NCBI GenBank assembly: GCA_049969615.1
Contig: JBMFOM010000004.1
Span: 1 to 42,006 of the forward strand
Direction of reading: 5' to 3'
Source: a candidate division WOR-3 bacterium
GTDB lineage: Bacteria > Hydrothermota > Hydrothermia > JBDRYB01
DNA: 42,006 nt
In this document: piece by piece, positions 10,211-19,578 of the stretch
How positions within the stretch are numbered: position 1 is the first letter of the stretch
Layout of the letters: each line of letters opens with the position of its first letter
Position numbers and translations under genes: made by a program
Notes under the pieces: model-generated
The model's input: the letters and a program-made list of their open reading frames with translations, nothing else
What the model was told of the DNA's origin: nothing
Database searches by the model: none

Positions 10211-10379
10211 CAACCCTGACACCAAAACCCTCATTTTAGGGGGTCTGTCCCTGGAAACCCGCGTAAAATCGTTGGTGAGGTCCTGAATTTTGCCCAAATA
10301 TGTAGTTCCAGCTTTTCAGGCCTGAAATTTATAAGTGCCTGTTCATCAAGAACTTACAGAAATTGAGGTGTCAAAGTTG
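10211..10379. repeat. Non-coding element bounded by imperfect inverted repeats (possible IS remnant or second MITE family)
   Basis: CAACCCTGACACC ... GGTGTCAAAGTTG (11/13 complementary); the same end recurs at 19521-19538 and 25386-25400. Confidence 0.5.
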
Positions 10380-10474
10380 AGTTTTGCGGCGCCCGGGGTC
10401 CAAAGATAGGCTGAGCAGTGTTATGTGGACTGATCCCTTGATAACTCAAGAGCCTCGCAATCTGCCGCAAAACT
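10380..10474. repeat. 95-bp segment with perfect 11-bp inverted ends
   Basis: AGTTTTGCGGC ... GCCGCAAAACT. Confidence 0.5.
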
Positions 10475-10478
10475 AGGG

Positions 10479-11648
10479 CTATAAAGCATCCCGTCCGCGA
10501 GACACCACTGCAATGGCCTCGCTAAAAATTCCCCTCATCCTATCCGCATATAAATCCGGATCAAAAAGACTATCCGCCCTCTCCCTGGCCCTCCTGCCGA
10601 GTTTTTCGCGCAAGCCATTGTCTTTCAAGAGCTCAATAACGGCGTCCGCGAGGGCCTCGTGATCAAAAGGTGGAACTAGGAGACCGGTATCCCCCATGAT
10701 CTCAGGTGCACCCCCGGTATCGGAAGATATGAGTGGTTTGCCCAGGGTCATTGCCTCGGCCGCAACCAGAGAATAACTTTCCCTGAAGCCACCGCGAGGG
10801 ACAGTCGTCTGAAGGACCAGGAGCGAGCCGGCCATCCACGCCATGTTCTCTTGCCAAGGAAGCGGCCCAAGAAACCTTACCCTTTCCAGGCCTAGCTCGC
10901 AGGCCAAGGAAACGAGGGATTCAGCGTGGGAGCCGGTTCCCGCTATGAAGAGATGCGCCCATGGAACCTCCCTTTCAACCATGGCCCAGGCCCTGAGGGC
11001 AATATCAACGCCTTTTTCTGGTGACAACCTCGCGGGAAGATAAACATATCTTTCCTTTTCGCCAACCGGCGGGTGCAATTCTGGCATGAGTATTGGGTTA
11101 TAGACAACCTTCACTTTGCTCACATCAATCCCGAGCTCGGCTATCCTGCTCCGCAGGTTTTCTGAAACAGCAACAGCAACAGTGGCGGATTCCAGGCTCT
11201 TCTGAAGTAGTTGATCCGCTAGCCTTACTATGGGATGGTCGGGCGGATGGCCTGAGGCCCTCATCAGCTCGGAATCAACGCTGTGAATGTGAACAACCCA
11301 AGGCAATCCTGCCCGATTGAGAAAATCCGCCAAAAGGCCCCCGCAGAATGTGCCGTGGATGTGGATGACATCAGGGCGCGCGATGTCGAGCTCTCGCCTG
11401 AGCACCTTAATCATCTCCGGCCTAACGAGCCACCTGAAAAAAGTCAGTTCAAAGGGGGTTCTGGTCACGATGGCAATGAGGCGTGCGAGACGCTGACGGC
11501 TCCGAGGAGGCGGATGTAAGTTAACGGGGTGAATCAGGATCTTATAATCAAGACCCCGGGAGCGAAGTATCTGTTCGGCAATTTCCATGTGGGTCCAGAC
11601 ACCCGTAACAGCACTTTTCCCAGCGAGAGTCATCGCGTAGACCTTCAT
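10479..11648 (-). CDS. Glycosyltransferase family 4 (GT-B)
   Basis: RPDVIHIH, AVSE, RLSPEKG, ESYSLVAAEAMTLGKPLISSDTGG. Confidence 0.92.
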   Translation of the reverse strand: MKVYAMTLAGKSAVTGVWTHMEIAEQILRSRGLDYKILIHPVNLHPPPRSRQRLARLIAIVTRTPFELTFFRWLVRPEMIKVLRRELDIARPDVIHIHGTFCGGLLADFLNRAGLPWVVHIHSVDSELMRASGHPPDHPIVRLADQLLQKSLESATVAVAVSENLRSRIAELGIDVSKVKVVYNPILMPELHPPVGEKERYVYLPARLSPEKGVDIALRAWAMVEREVPWAHLFIAGTGSHAESLVSLACELGLERVRFLGPLPWQENMAWMAGSLLVLQTTVPRGGFRESYSLVAAEAMTLGKPLISSDTGGAPEIMGDTGLLVPPFDHEALADAVIELLKDNGLREKLGRRARERADSLFDPDLYADRMRGIFSEAIAVVSRGRDAL

Positions 11649-12976
11649 CTTAACCTCTTAAACATGAGAAGGAACATAATAAGGGCATTCAGATAAATTG
11701 TGATGGTGGCAGAGGCAGCCAGTCCTCCAACCCCAAAGGGTTTTATGAGGACGACGCTCCCGATGGTGTTGAAGAGTATGCCTGTCACGCTTATCACAAG
11801 GGGCAGGCGGAATTCCTTCATGCCGCGAAAGGTTGCTAGGGCCACAAAGGAAACGAACATAGGGAACATACTCAGGACATACCAACGGAAGGTTATGGAT
11901 GTGGCGGATGCGGCATCAGGCTCAAAGGCACCACGCTGGAATATGAGTTTGACTATTGGCCCAGCAAAAATGGCCAGAATTAGGCTCAGAGGCCCTATAA
12001 CCAGTAGGGCCTTCTTGAGCAGAGAAAAGGTGAAACCACGCAGTTCCTTTATTTTTCCAAGCGAGGCCATCTCCGCGGCCTTTGTGAGGTGGACGGTGGT
12101 AAGGGCAGTGATGAGTAGCATGGGTATATCAAATACCCTCCAACCATAATATAGATAGGATATGCTCCCTGAGGGAAGACTGGAAGCGAATATCCTGCTG
12201 ACGGTGGTGTTTATCTGATCCAGTCCGTAACCGAGAAGAAGGGGCATTGACAATATCAAAAATTCCTTGGTCTGGGGAGTCCACACACGGCCCAGGACGC
12301 GGCCGCCGGTAACCGTGGGAAAAAGAAGGGCAAGGCCGGCAACGAGGTAGCCAATGCCCCAACCGGCCGCGAGCGCGTATATACCTATTGTCTGGGCGAG
12401 AAAGAGGAAGAATATTATGAACGTGTTCAGTATAATGCCGCTGGTCTGGGGAAGGGCAAAGCTCCTACGAGCGTTGTAGTAAGCGGTGGCGAGGTGAACG
12501 AGGACCATGCCCAGGCTCATGGGCAATAGGATATAGAAAATCCGGACGGCCAAGGCGTGTATGTCCGGGGGCAAGAGAGGGGCAACAACACGCACAAGCA
12601 GGGGGCCAAAAACCGCCAGGATAGCGATGAGACCGACAGAGATAATGAGCCAAAGGCTTAACAGGGAGGCAAAAGTCTCGTTCTGCCCTTCCTGGCCTTC
12701 CTTGATGCCTTGCTCAACCAGAATGGGCGTTCCTACGACCGGCAAAAGGCTTGAGGGCAAAAGGACTGCCAGGGTGAATATTGTGTATGAGGCGACAAAC
12801 GCGTCAACCGCGGGACCAGCACCATAGAAATATGCCATTAGGATCTCCCTCAGAAAACCCATGGACTTTGATATGAGTGTGAAGAGTAGAATGAGCAAAA
12901 CGCCCTTTTTACCTGACTGTCCAGGTGCGAAAAATCCTCCAACAGTGGCGAGAAAACCTTTCCAGAGCTGCTTCAT
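11645..12976 (-). CDS. murJ: MurJ/MviN family lipid II flippase
   Basis: SKSMGFLREILMAYFYGAGPAVDAF, FASSLPSGSISYLYYG, IFQRGAF; multiple TM segments. Confidence 0.88.
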   Translation of the reverse strand: MKQLWKGFLATVGGFFAPGQSGKKGVLLILLFTLISKSMGFLREILMAYFYGAGPAVDAFVASYTIFTLAVLLPSSLLPVVGTPILVEQGIKEGQEGQNETFASLLSLWLIISVGLIAILAVFGPLLVRVVAPLLPPDIHALAVRIFYILLPMSLGMVLVHLATAYYNARRSFALPQTSGIILNTFIIFFLFLAQTIGIYALAAGWGIGYLVAGLALLFPTVTGGRVLGRVWTPQTKEFLILSMPLLLGYGLDQINTTVSRIFASSLPSGSISYLYYGWRVFDIPMLLITALTTVHLTKAAEMASLGKIKELRGFTFSLLKKALLVIGPLSLILAIFAGPIVKLIFQRGAFEPDAASATSITFRWYVLSMFPMFVSFVALATFRGMKEFRLPLVISVTGILFNTIGSVVLIKPFGVGGLAASATITIYLNALIMFLLMFKRLR

Positions 12977-14238
12977 CCTTTTCTCTTTGGAGTTGAGACC
13001 TCTATCTTCAGGGGAATACCGGCAAAACTGAACCTAGCCCTTATCTCTCTTTCAAGAAAGGAAAGGTATTCGGCCCTTATGCGCTCTTTCGCGAATAGTT
13101 GGAAAGAGGGTGGGGCGCTCCTGACCTGTTTTAGGGCAAATAGCATTGTTCCGGGCGAGACCCTTCCGGCGGCATCCACCAGAAGATCATAAAGCGCGTC
13201 CTGACCAACCTGCCTGTGAAATTCCCGGTGGAGCGCCTTGATGATTCCAGGTATCTCATTTATCCCCTCGCGACTGAGCGCCGAGACGAGTAAAACCGGC
13301 GCCCAGTAGGCAAAACCCATGTGCTTTCTGACTTCCTCAAGCACAAGCGCCCTCTTCTTTTTGGGGACGAGATCAATCTTGTTGAGGCAGAGAACAAGCC
13401 CCCTGCGCTCCGAGATAACGAGGTTGACTATTTTCTTGTCAATCCTGGTTATTTCCTGGGCCGCATCAAGAACAGCCAGGCATATCTCTCCATAACGCAG
13501 GCTCCGTAGGGACCTCAGATAAGAGTAATATTCAAGGTCATCGGAGAACTTTCGCTTTATACCGGCAGTATCAACAATCAGAAAATCACCGATAACGGCC
13601 TCAACGGGATCGCGGGTCGTCCCCGGAATGGGTGAAATCACTGCTTCATCCCTCTCGGCCAGGGCATTCAAAAGGGAGCTCTTGCCCACATTCGGTTTGC
13701 CTATTATGCTTATTCGTATCAGTCCGGTCTTCTGAGGCAGGGGCGGAACCCGGCCAACTATTTCAATGACCCTGTCAAGCAGATCTGAGACCCCTTCGCC
13801 TGTTATAGAGGATATGGGGAAAACCTCAAAGCCAAACGCGTGAAAATCCGAAGGGGCGGACTTCCGTGAATCACACTTGTTGGCAGCTAACAACACGGGC
13901 CTGCCACTTTTCCTCAGCCAACCGGCTATCTCACGATCTAGGGGCAAAAGCCCATCCTTGGCATCCGTCAGGAATATGATCGCATCTGCCTCGCGGACAG
14001 CGGATTCTATTCTCTTTTTGACCTCGGGCCAGAGCTCGGGGCTTTCCTCGCCCATGAAACCACCCGTGTCAACTATGAGAAAACCCGCACCGTCGTGTTC
14101 TGCGGGTTTCTTTATGGTATCCCTGGTCACGCCGGGCCTCTCGTCCGTAACCGCGAGGGGCTTGCCGAGGAGCCGGTTGAAAAGCGTGCTCTTTCCAGTG
14201 TTCACACGGCCAACGATGACAACTATCGGGAGCTTCAT
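12973..14238 (-). CDS. der: Ribosome biogenesis GTPase Der (EngA)
   Basis: Two G domains (GRVNTGKS/GVTRD/DTGG/NKCD and GKPNVGKS/GTTRD/DTAG/NKID); start taken at ATG 14238. Confidence 0.95.
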   Translation of the reverse strand: MKLPIVVIVGRVNTGKSTLFNRLLGKPLAVTDERPGVTRDTIKKPAEHDGAGFLIVDTGGFMGEESPELWPEVKKRIESAVREADAIIFLTDAKDGLLPLDREIAGWLRKSGRPVLLAANKCDSRKSAPSDFHAFGFEVFPISSITGEGVSDLLDRVIEIVGRVPPLPQKTGLIRISIIGKPNVGKSSLLNALAERDEAVISPIPGTTRDPVEAVIGDFLIVDTAGIKRKFSDDLEYYSYLRSLRSLRYGEICLAVLDAAQEITRIDKKIVNLVISERRGLVLCLNKIDLVPKKKRALVLEEVRKHMGFAYWAPVLLVSALSREGINEIPGIIKALHREFHRQVGQDALYDLLVDAAGRVSPGTMLFALKQVRSAPPSFQLFAKERIRAEYLSFLEREIRARFSFAGIPLKIEVSTPKRKG

Positions 14239-14297
14239 TTGATCATACCAGTCTAATTGGACATACACGAGGCCTGTTGGGCGCCGTCAATGCTTCC

Positions 14298-14648
14298 TTA
14301 TTTCATTGCCCCCTTTATCTCCTCTAGGGTTCCGTTAATCTCCTTGAGCGCGTCCTCTATGTCCCGCAGGTTGGAGCTAACGGGCTCAAGGCCTGTCTTC
14401 AGGTCAGATGTGAAGTGAAAGTCATAGGAGGACGAGCCGGATCCATATTGAGCTTGGGTGTAAAGGCTCCTGCCAGAAGCATGGCCGGCTCCACGGTAAA
14501 GCGCGGCTTCAAGCCGTTGTCTGGATGCCCTCTCGCTTACCCAGAATACAGTACTGATAGTGGCCCAGACTACAAGGCCGCATATCGCTATCTGGGATAA
14601 CAAGGCCAGCGCATTGTCTCTGAACCATCCTTGTATTTTCATGTCCAA
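14298..14648 (-). CDS. Hypothetical single-pass membrane protein with C-terminal coiled coil
   Basis: GGAGG before TTG 14648 / ATG 14642; one hydrophobic segment; LRDIEDALKEINGTLEEIK heptads. Confidence 0.6.
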   Translation of the reverse strand: MDMKIQGWFRDNALALLSQIAICGLVVWATISTVFWVSERASRQRLEAALYRGAGHASGRSLYTQAQYGSGSSSYDFHFTSDLKTGLEPVSSNLRDIEDALKEINGTLEEIKGAMK

Positions 14649-14699
14649 AAACCTCCGCTACTTGCCATATTTTAAGGCAAGAGCACGCGCCGCGGCAGG

Positions 14700-14728
14700 T
14701 TGAAGACTGCCTGTCAAAGCTGTATAAT
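14700..14728 (+). promoter_or_regulatory. sigma70-like promoter for the clostripain gene
   Basis: TTGAAG-17 nt-TATAAT, with an extended -10 TG. Confidence 0.6.
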
Positions 14729-14746
14729 TTGACTCTTGAGGAGGCT

Positions 14747-16591
14747 GTGATGATTAGAACTATCACGGGATTAGCCATTTTGGTGGGCCTATCTGCCGCC
14801 CAACAAAAGACATGGACCATAGGAGTGTTCCTGAACGGGGACAACAACCTTGAGGAAGCGGGTATAGACGATATAAACGAGATGGAGAGTGCCATAGACA
14901 CGAACAAATACAACCTCTATGTGCTATTTGACAGGATACCCGGCTACGACAACTCCAACGGAGACTGGACCGGAACCAGGCTCTATAGGATTCTACCTGA
15001 CGCGAACATGACCACAATAAACTCCCAGCTTCTGAAGGATTGTGGGGAGCTGAACATGGGAGACCCGGACAATGTGATATGGTTCTTGGATACCATACAG
15101 ACGCTTTCCCAGACAACGCACTACTGGGTGATAATCTGGAACCACGGCTCAGGCTGGGAAAAGAAGGGCGGCCCAACCGACGGAGTCTCCTACGATGACA
15201 CTGATGGAGATTACTTGTCGGTGTCAGGTGGGGAGATCAGAGAGATAACCGAATCAGCATTCAACATACTGGGCAGGAACCTGAGCATAATATCCTACGA
15301 CGCGTGCCTGATGGGACTCCTGGAGGTTGAATACGAGGTAAAAGATTTCACCGATGTCTCATTACATTCCGAGGAAACCGAACCCTGGGATGGGTATCCC
15401 TATGACATGCTTATGCCGTGGCTGAACTCCCACCCCGGCGCCTCGCCTCAGGAGCTGGGGCACAACTTCGCCGAGATATATGTAAATAGCTACAAACCGG
15501 GCGGAACCCAGTATGATGGCAGTTCAAACATAACCCACTCCGCGGTTGACCAGGGGCCCTGGTTCACGAGGTATTGCCTAGCAGTGGACGAGTTCTCGCG
15601 AGAGCTCATAAAAGCCGGCGGAAAGAACCAAGCGCAGATAAGCTCGTGCTACCAGAACGCTCAGCGTTACGCGGATGATGATCTGATGGACATCTATGAC
15701 TTCGCGAAGGCCATAGCCGGGACAGGCTCATTGCCAGCGGAGCTGAGGGCCGCGGCCCAGGCCCTAATGGACATTCAGGGTGATGGCTCGGTCTACAACG
15801 ATACAGCGCTCATAGGCTCATTCTGGTATGATAACGATGACTCATGGGGATCGGTTGCTGGTTCGCACGGAATAGCCATATATGGCCCGACCGGCTCGCC
15901 GGACTCCCAGTGGAGAAACCTCTATTGGGCAAAGAACTCCTCTTGGTGGTGGTTCATAAACGGATCAACCTCTCTGCCGAATCAACCCATTCTCACATAT
16001 CATTCCAATTCCATCGGAGACGGACTTCCCTATGGCGACAATTCATTTAACATCACCCTCATCAACTCAGGCGGACAAACAGCAACTGGAATCTCGGCAA
16101 CGCTTTCATCTCAGGACCCATACATCACGATAACTCAGAACACCTCCTCCTACCCCAACATAGCATCCGAGGGCACAGGGACATCAATCTCAGGCTATCA
16201 GGTTAACCTGGATGGCTCGTGTCCACAAGGCCACAGGGTATCCTTCTTTCTGAACATAACCGCTGGCAGTTATACCAACACCACGAGCTTTAACATGATA
16301 GCTGGTAGTACTGGTGTCTGCGAGGATCCATGCGAGGATATCACGAAAACCGTTCTCCTCCCGTTCCAAAACCCGGTTAGAGGCACAGTCAGAATTGAAT
16401 TCGCGCTCTCAGGGCGAGGGAGCGCGACCCTGAAGGTATACGACGCCTCGGGCCGGTTGGCCGGAACCCTGTTTGGCGGCAAAGGAACCGGGATTCACTC
16501 GGTGTCCTGGGCGCCTGAGCCGGGCGCTTATTTCCTGAGGCTTGAGGAGGGAGGCGTGGCAAAGACCACGAAGCTGGTGGTGACGAGGTAG
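14747..16591 (+). CDS. Clostripain-family (C11) cysteine peptidase with T9SS-like C-terminal domain
   Basis: GAGGAGG RBS; signal peptide; NGDNNLE, ELNMGDP, WNHGSGW (His), SYDACLMG (Cys), SEETEP; QNP..VYDASGR..GAYFLRL..KLVVTR. Confidence 0.92.
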   Translation: MMIRTITGLAILVGLSAAQQKTWTIGVFLNGDNNLEEAGIDDINEMESAIDTNKYNLYVLFDRIPGYDNSNGDWTGTRLYRILPDANMTTINSQLLKDCGELNMGDPDNVIWFLDTIQTLSQTTHYWVIIWNHGSGWEKKGGPTDGVSYDDTDGDYLSVSGGEIREITESAFNILGRNLSIISYDACLMGLLEVEYEVKDFTDVSLHSEETEPWDGYPYDMLMPWLNSHPGASPQELGHNFAEIYVNSYKPGGTQYDGSSNITHSAVDQGPWFTRYCLAVDEFSRELIKAGGKNQAQISSCYQNAQRYADDDLMDIYDFAKAIAGTGSLPAELRAAAQALMDIQGDGSVYNDTALIGSFWYDNDDSWGSVAGSHGIAIYGPTGSPDSQWRNLYWAKNSSWWWFINGSTSLPNQPILTYHSNSIGDGLPYGDNSFNITLINSGGQTATGISATLSSQDPYITITQNTSSYPNIASEGTGTSISGYQVNLDGSCPQGHRVSFFLNITAGSYTNTTSFNMIAGSTGVCEDPCEDITKTVLLPFQNPVRGTVRIEFALSGRGSATLKVYDASGRLAGTLFGGKGTGIHSVSWAPEPGAYFLRLEEGGVAKTTKLVVTR

Positions 16592-16612
16592 GCACTGTTC
16601 GCGAGAAAACCG

Positions 16613-16635
16613 AGGGGCCGTGAGGGCCCCTTTTT
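16613..16635 (+). terminator. Intrinsic terminator
   Basis: AGGGGCC-GTGAG-GGCCCCT followed by a T run, just after the clostripain stop. Confidence 0.8.
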
Positions 16636-16640
16636 AATAG

Positions 16641-16826
16641 GAGACCCCTGATAAAGTAGCAATAACCTACTGACCTGAGCCAGGAGCACTTTGTCTAAGA
16701 GAACGGGTTTCTAAGAGTGGCCCCTGAAAAATCCCACCGAGAGAGCATTTCATTAGGGTTCTCTTTTTGTTATGATGAGGCTCACGGACAGGGATGAAGG
16801 ACAAACCGAGATTTTTCAAGGGTTTC
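16641..16826. mobile_element. MITE-like dispersed repeat, full copy 2 (inverted), with 5-bp TSD AATAG
   Basis: GAGACCCCTGATAAAG ... ATTTTTCAAGGGTTTC; AATAG at 16636-16640 and 16827-16831. Confidence 0.9.
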
Positions 16827-16931
16827 AATAGGATAATGTGCGCGGGTTGTTGGGATGCAAGCCCTCCGCGTTTAGGGGCAGGCTATGTTTCACCCTAAAT
16901 GGACCCCGGATTCACCCGTGGCAAGTCTTTG

Positions 16932-16961
16932 CTGATCCGCGCCTGCCTAGCGCCTTATAAT
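16932..16961 (+). promoter_or_regulatory. polA promoter (leaderless geometry)
   Basis: CTGATC-18 nt-TATAAT, 6 nt before ATG 16968; no SD. Confidence 0.6.
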
Positions 16962-16967
16962 TCTCTC

Positions 16968-19463
16968 ATGAAGAAGCTTCTCCTTGTTGACGGCTCGTCC
17001 CTGGCATACAGGGGCTATTTCGCGCTGATAAAGAATCCTCTGAGGAACTCAAGGGGATTCAACACCTCCGGCATTTACATTTTCCTGAACTCTCTCCTGA
17101 AAACCCTGAGGGACATCAAGCCCACCCACGGCGCTGTTGTGTTTGACTCAAAGAAGCCAACATTCAGGCACCAGGTCTTTGAGGCATACAAGGCAGAGCG
17201 GCCGAAAATGCCAGATGACCTCTCCGCGCAATTGCCTTACATAAAGGATGTCGCGGAGGCGCTGGGCCTTGTGGTTATGGTCAGGGATGGGTATGAGGCT
17301 GATGATGTCCTGTATAGCCTAGCCAAAAAGGCCTCCGATCAGGGCTGGAATGTGATAATCCTCACATCGGACAAAGACCTCCTGCAGCTGGTGAACGAGA
17401 GGATTTCAATCCTGGACACCAGGCCACAGTTTGAAAAGCTCTATACGCCAAAAGAGGTCAGAGAAAAGTTCGGTGTCCCGCCGGAAAGGATTCCCGATTA
17501 CCTGGCCTTGGTCGGCGACAATATAGATGGGGTTCCGGGTGTCAAGGGAGTGGGCGAGAAGGGCGCCTGCGAACTTTTGAGCAAATACGGTTCCTTGGAA
17601 GGGATATATGAACACCTGGACGAGATCCGTGGCAAATATGCCAGCGCGCTGGCCGAGGGCCGTGTAGATGCTAGGATGAGCCTTGAGCTAGTCAAGCTAG
17701 TGGATGTGCCGGACCTGCCGGAACCAGCAGAATTGGAGATCAGGCCGCCGGACCGCTCCAGGCTTTTTCCGGTGTTCAGAGAAATGGAATTTCATACCCT
17801 GATAAAGGAATTCTCATCGCCATATTCAGAGGTCTATCCGCTGGAAATCCTAACGGGAAAACCAGAGGGGAATTTCGCGCTTTCTGGACACGCGGAAATA
17901 TTCTGGGCAAAGGAACCAGCAAGAATATTCAAGTGTTCCATAGGGGAAGCTGGGGCCGCGCTAGCCAACGAGAGCGAGAAATACGCTTTCAACTCAAAGG
18001 AAATCCACAGGGCCTGTCTGGAAAGGGGCTTGGAACTAAACGGCGTGGCCTTTGATCTGGTCGTGGCGGACTATCTTCTTGACCCGAGCGCGCAGTCAGA
18101 GACGGGCCGCTACAAGGAGGGTATAGAGCACCTCGCACCCCGATATCTTGGTCTCATGCCCTCCCCAAGGCCCGAGGAATATCACGCGCAAGAGGTTGAC
18201 TTGGTAATCAGGGTAAAGGACGGGGTCATGGAAAGGTTAAGAAATGAGGGGCTTTGGGACCTCTTCGTGGACATAGAACTTCCCCTTGCTAGGGTTCTCG
18301 CCAGGATGGAACACGCTGGGATAAAGGTTGATACGGAATACCTTAGGGATTTTGACCGCGAGCTGGCCGGGAGCATAGAGGGATTTGAGAAGGAGATATA
18401 CGAGCTGGCCGGGGTAAAATTCAACCTTAATTCTCCAAAGCAGTTATCGCATGTGCTATTTGACATACTCAAACTCGTACCGACCAAGAAGACAAAGACA
18501 GGGCTTTCAACCGCTCAATCAGTGCTTGAGTCCCTATCAAAAGAACATCCCCTGCCTGGGAAGATACTTGAATACCGGGAGCTCTTCAAACTCAGAAGCA
18601 CCTACACCCAGTCCCTCCTGGAGCTGGTTAATCCAAAAACAGGTAGGGTTCATCCGACATTCCATCAAACCGGAACATCCACGGGCCGCGTCTCTTGCTC
18701 TGATCCGAACCTGCAGAACATCCCCATAAGGACAGAGATAGGCAAAAAAATAAGGCGGGCATTCGTGGCCGAGGATGGGCATCTGTTATTGGATGCTGAC
18801 TACTCCCAGATAGAACTGAGGATAATCGCTCACATAACAGGCGATCCCGGACTGTCCAAGGCATTCAAGGAAGGGTTTGATGTCCACTCAGCGACTGCCT
18901 CCGCGATCCTCGGGAAACCCATTGAGGCAATAACGCAGGAAGACAGGCGAATAGCCAAAATGGTCAATTTCGGGATAGCCTATGGCATGAGTCCCTATGG
19001 CCTCGCGTCCAGGCTGGGCATTCCGGACGATCAGGCAAAAACCATAATTGAGGCTTATTTTGCCAATTTCCCCAAGGTCAGGGAGTGGATGGAAACCCTG
19101 ATAGCGGAGGCAGAGACCAGTGGCTATGTCACGACGCTCCTAGGCAGGCGCAGGTATGTTCCGGGAATAAGGAGCGAGAACAGGCAGGAGCGTGAAGCCG
19201 CTCGTCGGGCCGCTATAAACGGACCGTTCCAGGGCGGGGCCGCGGACATAATCAAGAAGGCCATGGTTGAGATAGACGAGGCCGATGTCCCTGCTGTGCC
19301 ACTCCTCCAGATACACGATGAGCTTATTTATGAGGTCGCCGAGGGGGACGCGGAAGATGTTTGCAAACAGATAAAGGCAATAATGGAGGATACCCTACCC
19401 CTGTCAGTGCCCTTGGTCGTGGAGACCTCCGTGGGGAAAAATTGGATGGAGGCGGGAAAATAG
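16968..19463 (+). CDS. polA: DNA polymerase I
   Basis: LLLVDGSSLAYR 5'-3' exonuclease, EADD, DYSQIELR, AKMVNFGIAYG, LQIHDEL. Confidence 0.97.
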   Translation: MKKLLLVDGSSLAYRGYFALIKNPLRNSRGFNTSGIYIFLNSLLKTLRDIKPTHGAVVFDSKKPTFRHQVFEAYKAERPKMPDDLSAQLPYIKDVAEALGLVVMVRDGYEADDVLYSLAKKASDQGWNVIILTSDKDLLQLVNERISILDTRPQFEKLYTPKEVREKFGVPPERIPDYLALVGDNIDGVPGVKGVGEKGACELLSKYGSLEGIYEHLDEIRGKYASALAEGRVDARMSLELVKLVDVPDLPEPAELEIRPPDRSRLFPVFREMEFHTLIKEFSSPYSEVYPLEILTGKPEGNFALSGHAEIFWAKEPARIFKCSIGEAGAALANESEKYAFNSKEIHRACLERGLELNGVAFDLVVADYLLDPSAQSETGRYKEGIEHLAPRYLGLMPSPRPEEYHAQEVDLVIRVKDGVMERLRNEGLWDLFVDIELPLARVLARMEHAGIKVDTEYLRDFDRELAGSIEGFEKEIYELAGVKFNLNSPKQLSHVLFDILKLVPTKKTKTGLSTAQSVLESLSKEHPLPGKILEYRELFKLRSTYTQSLLELVNPKTGRVHPTFHQTGTSTGRVSCSDPNLQNIPIRTEIGKKIRRAFVAEDGHLLLDADYSQIELRIIAHITGDPGLSKAFKEGFDVHSATASAILGKPIEAITQEDRRIAKMVNFGIAYGMSPYGLASRLGIPDDQAKTIIEAYFANFPKVREWMETLIAEAETSGYVTTLLGRRRYVPGIRSENRQEREAARRAAINGPFQGGAADIIKKAMVEIDEADVPAVPLLQIHDELIYEVAEGDAEDVCKQIKAIMEDTLPLSVPLVVETSVGKNWMEAGK

Positions 19464-19536
19464 GTGTCCGTAACACAGCCGACAGTTGCTGGTCAAAAAA
19501 CATGGCGATGATAGATTTTGCCTAACTTTGACACCT

Positions 19537-19572
19537 CATTTAAATGATCTCGCGAAGAAAATGGGTTATAAT
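19537..19572 (+). promoter_or_regulatory. Conserved promoter module copy (DUF2085 gene)
   Basis: CATTTAA ATGATC TCGCGAAGAAAATGGGT TATAAT. Confidence 0.65.
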
Positions 19573-19578
19573 CTATCC

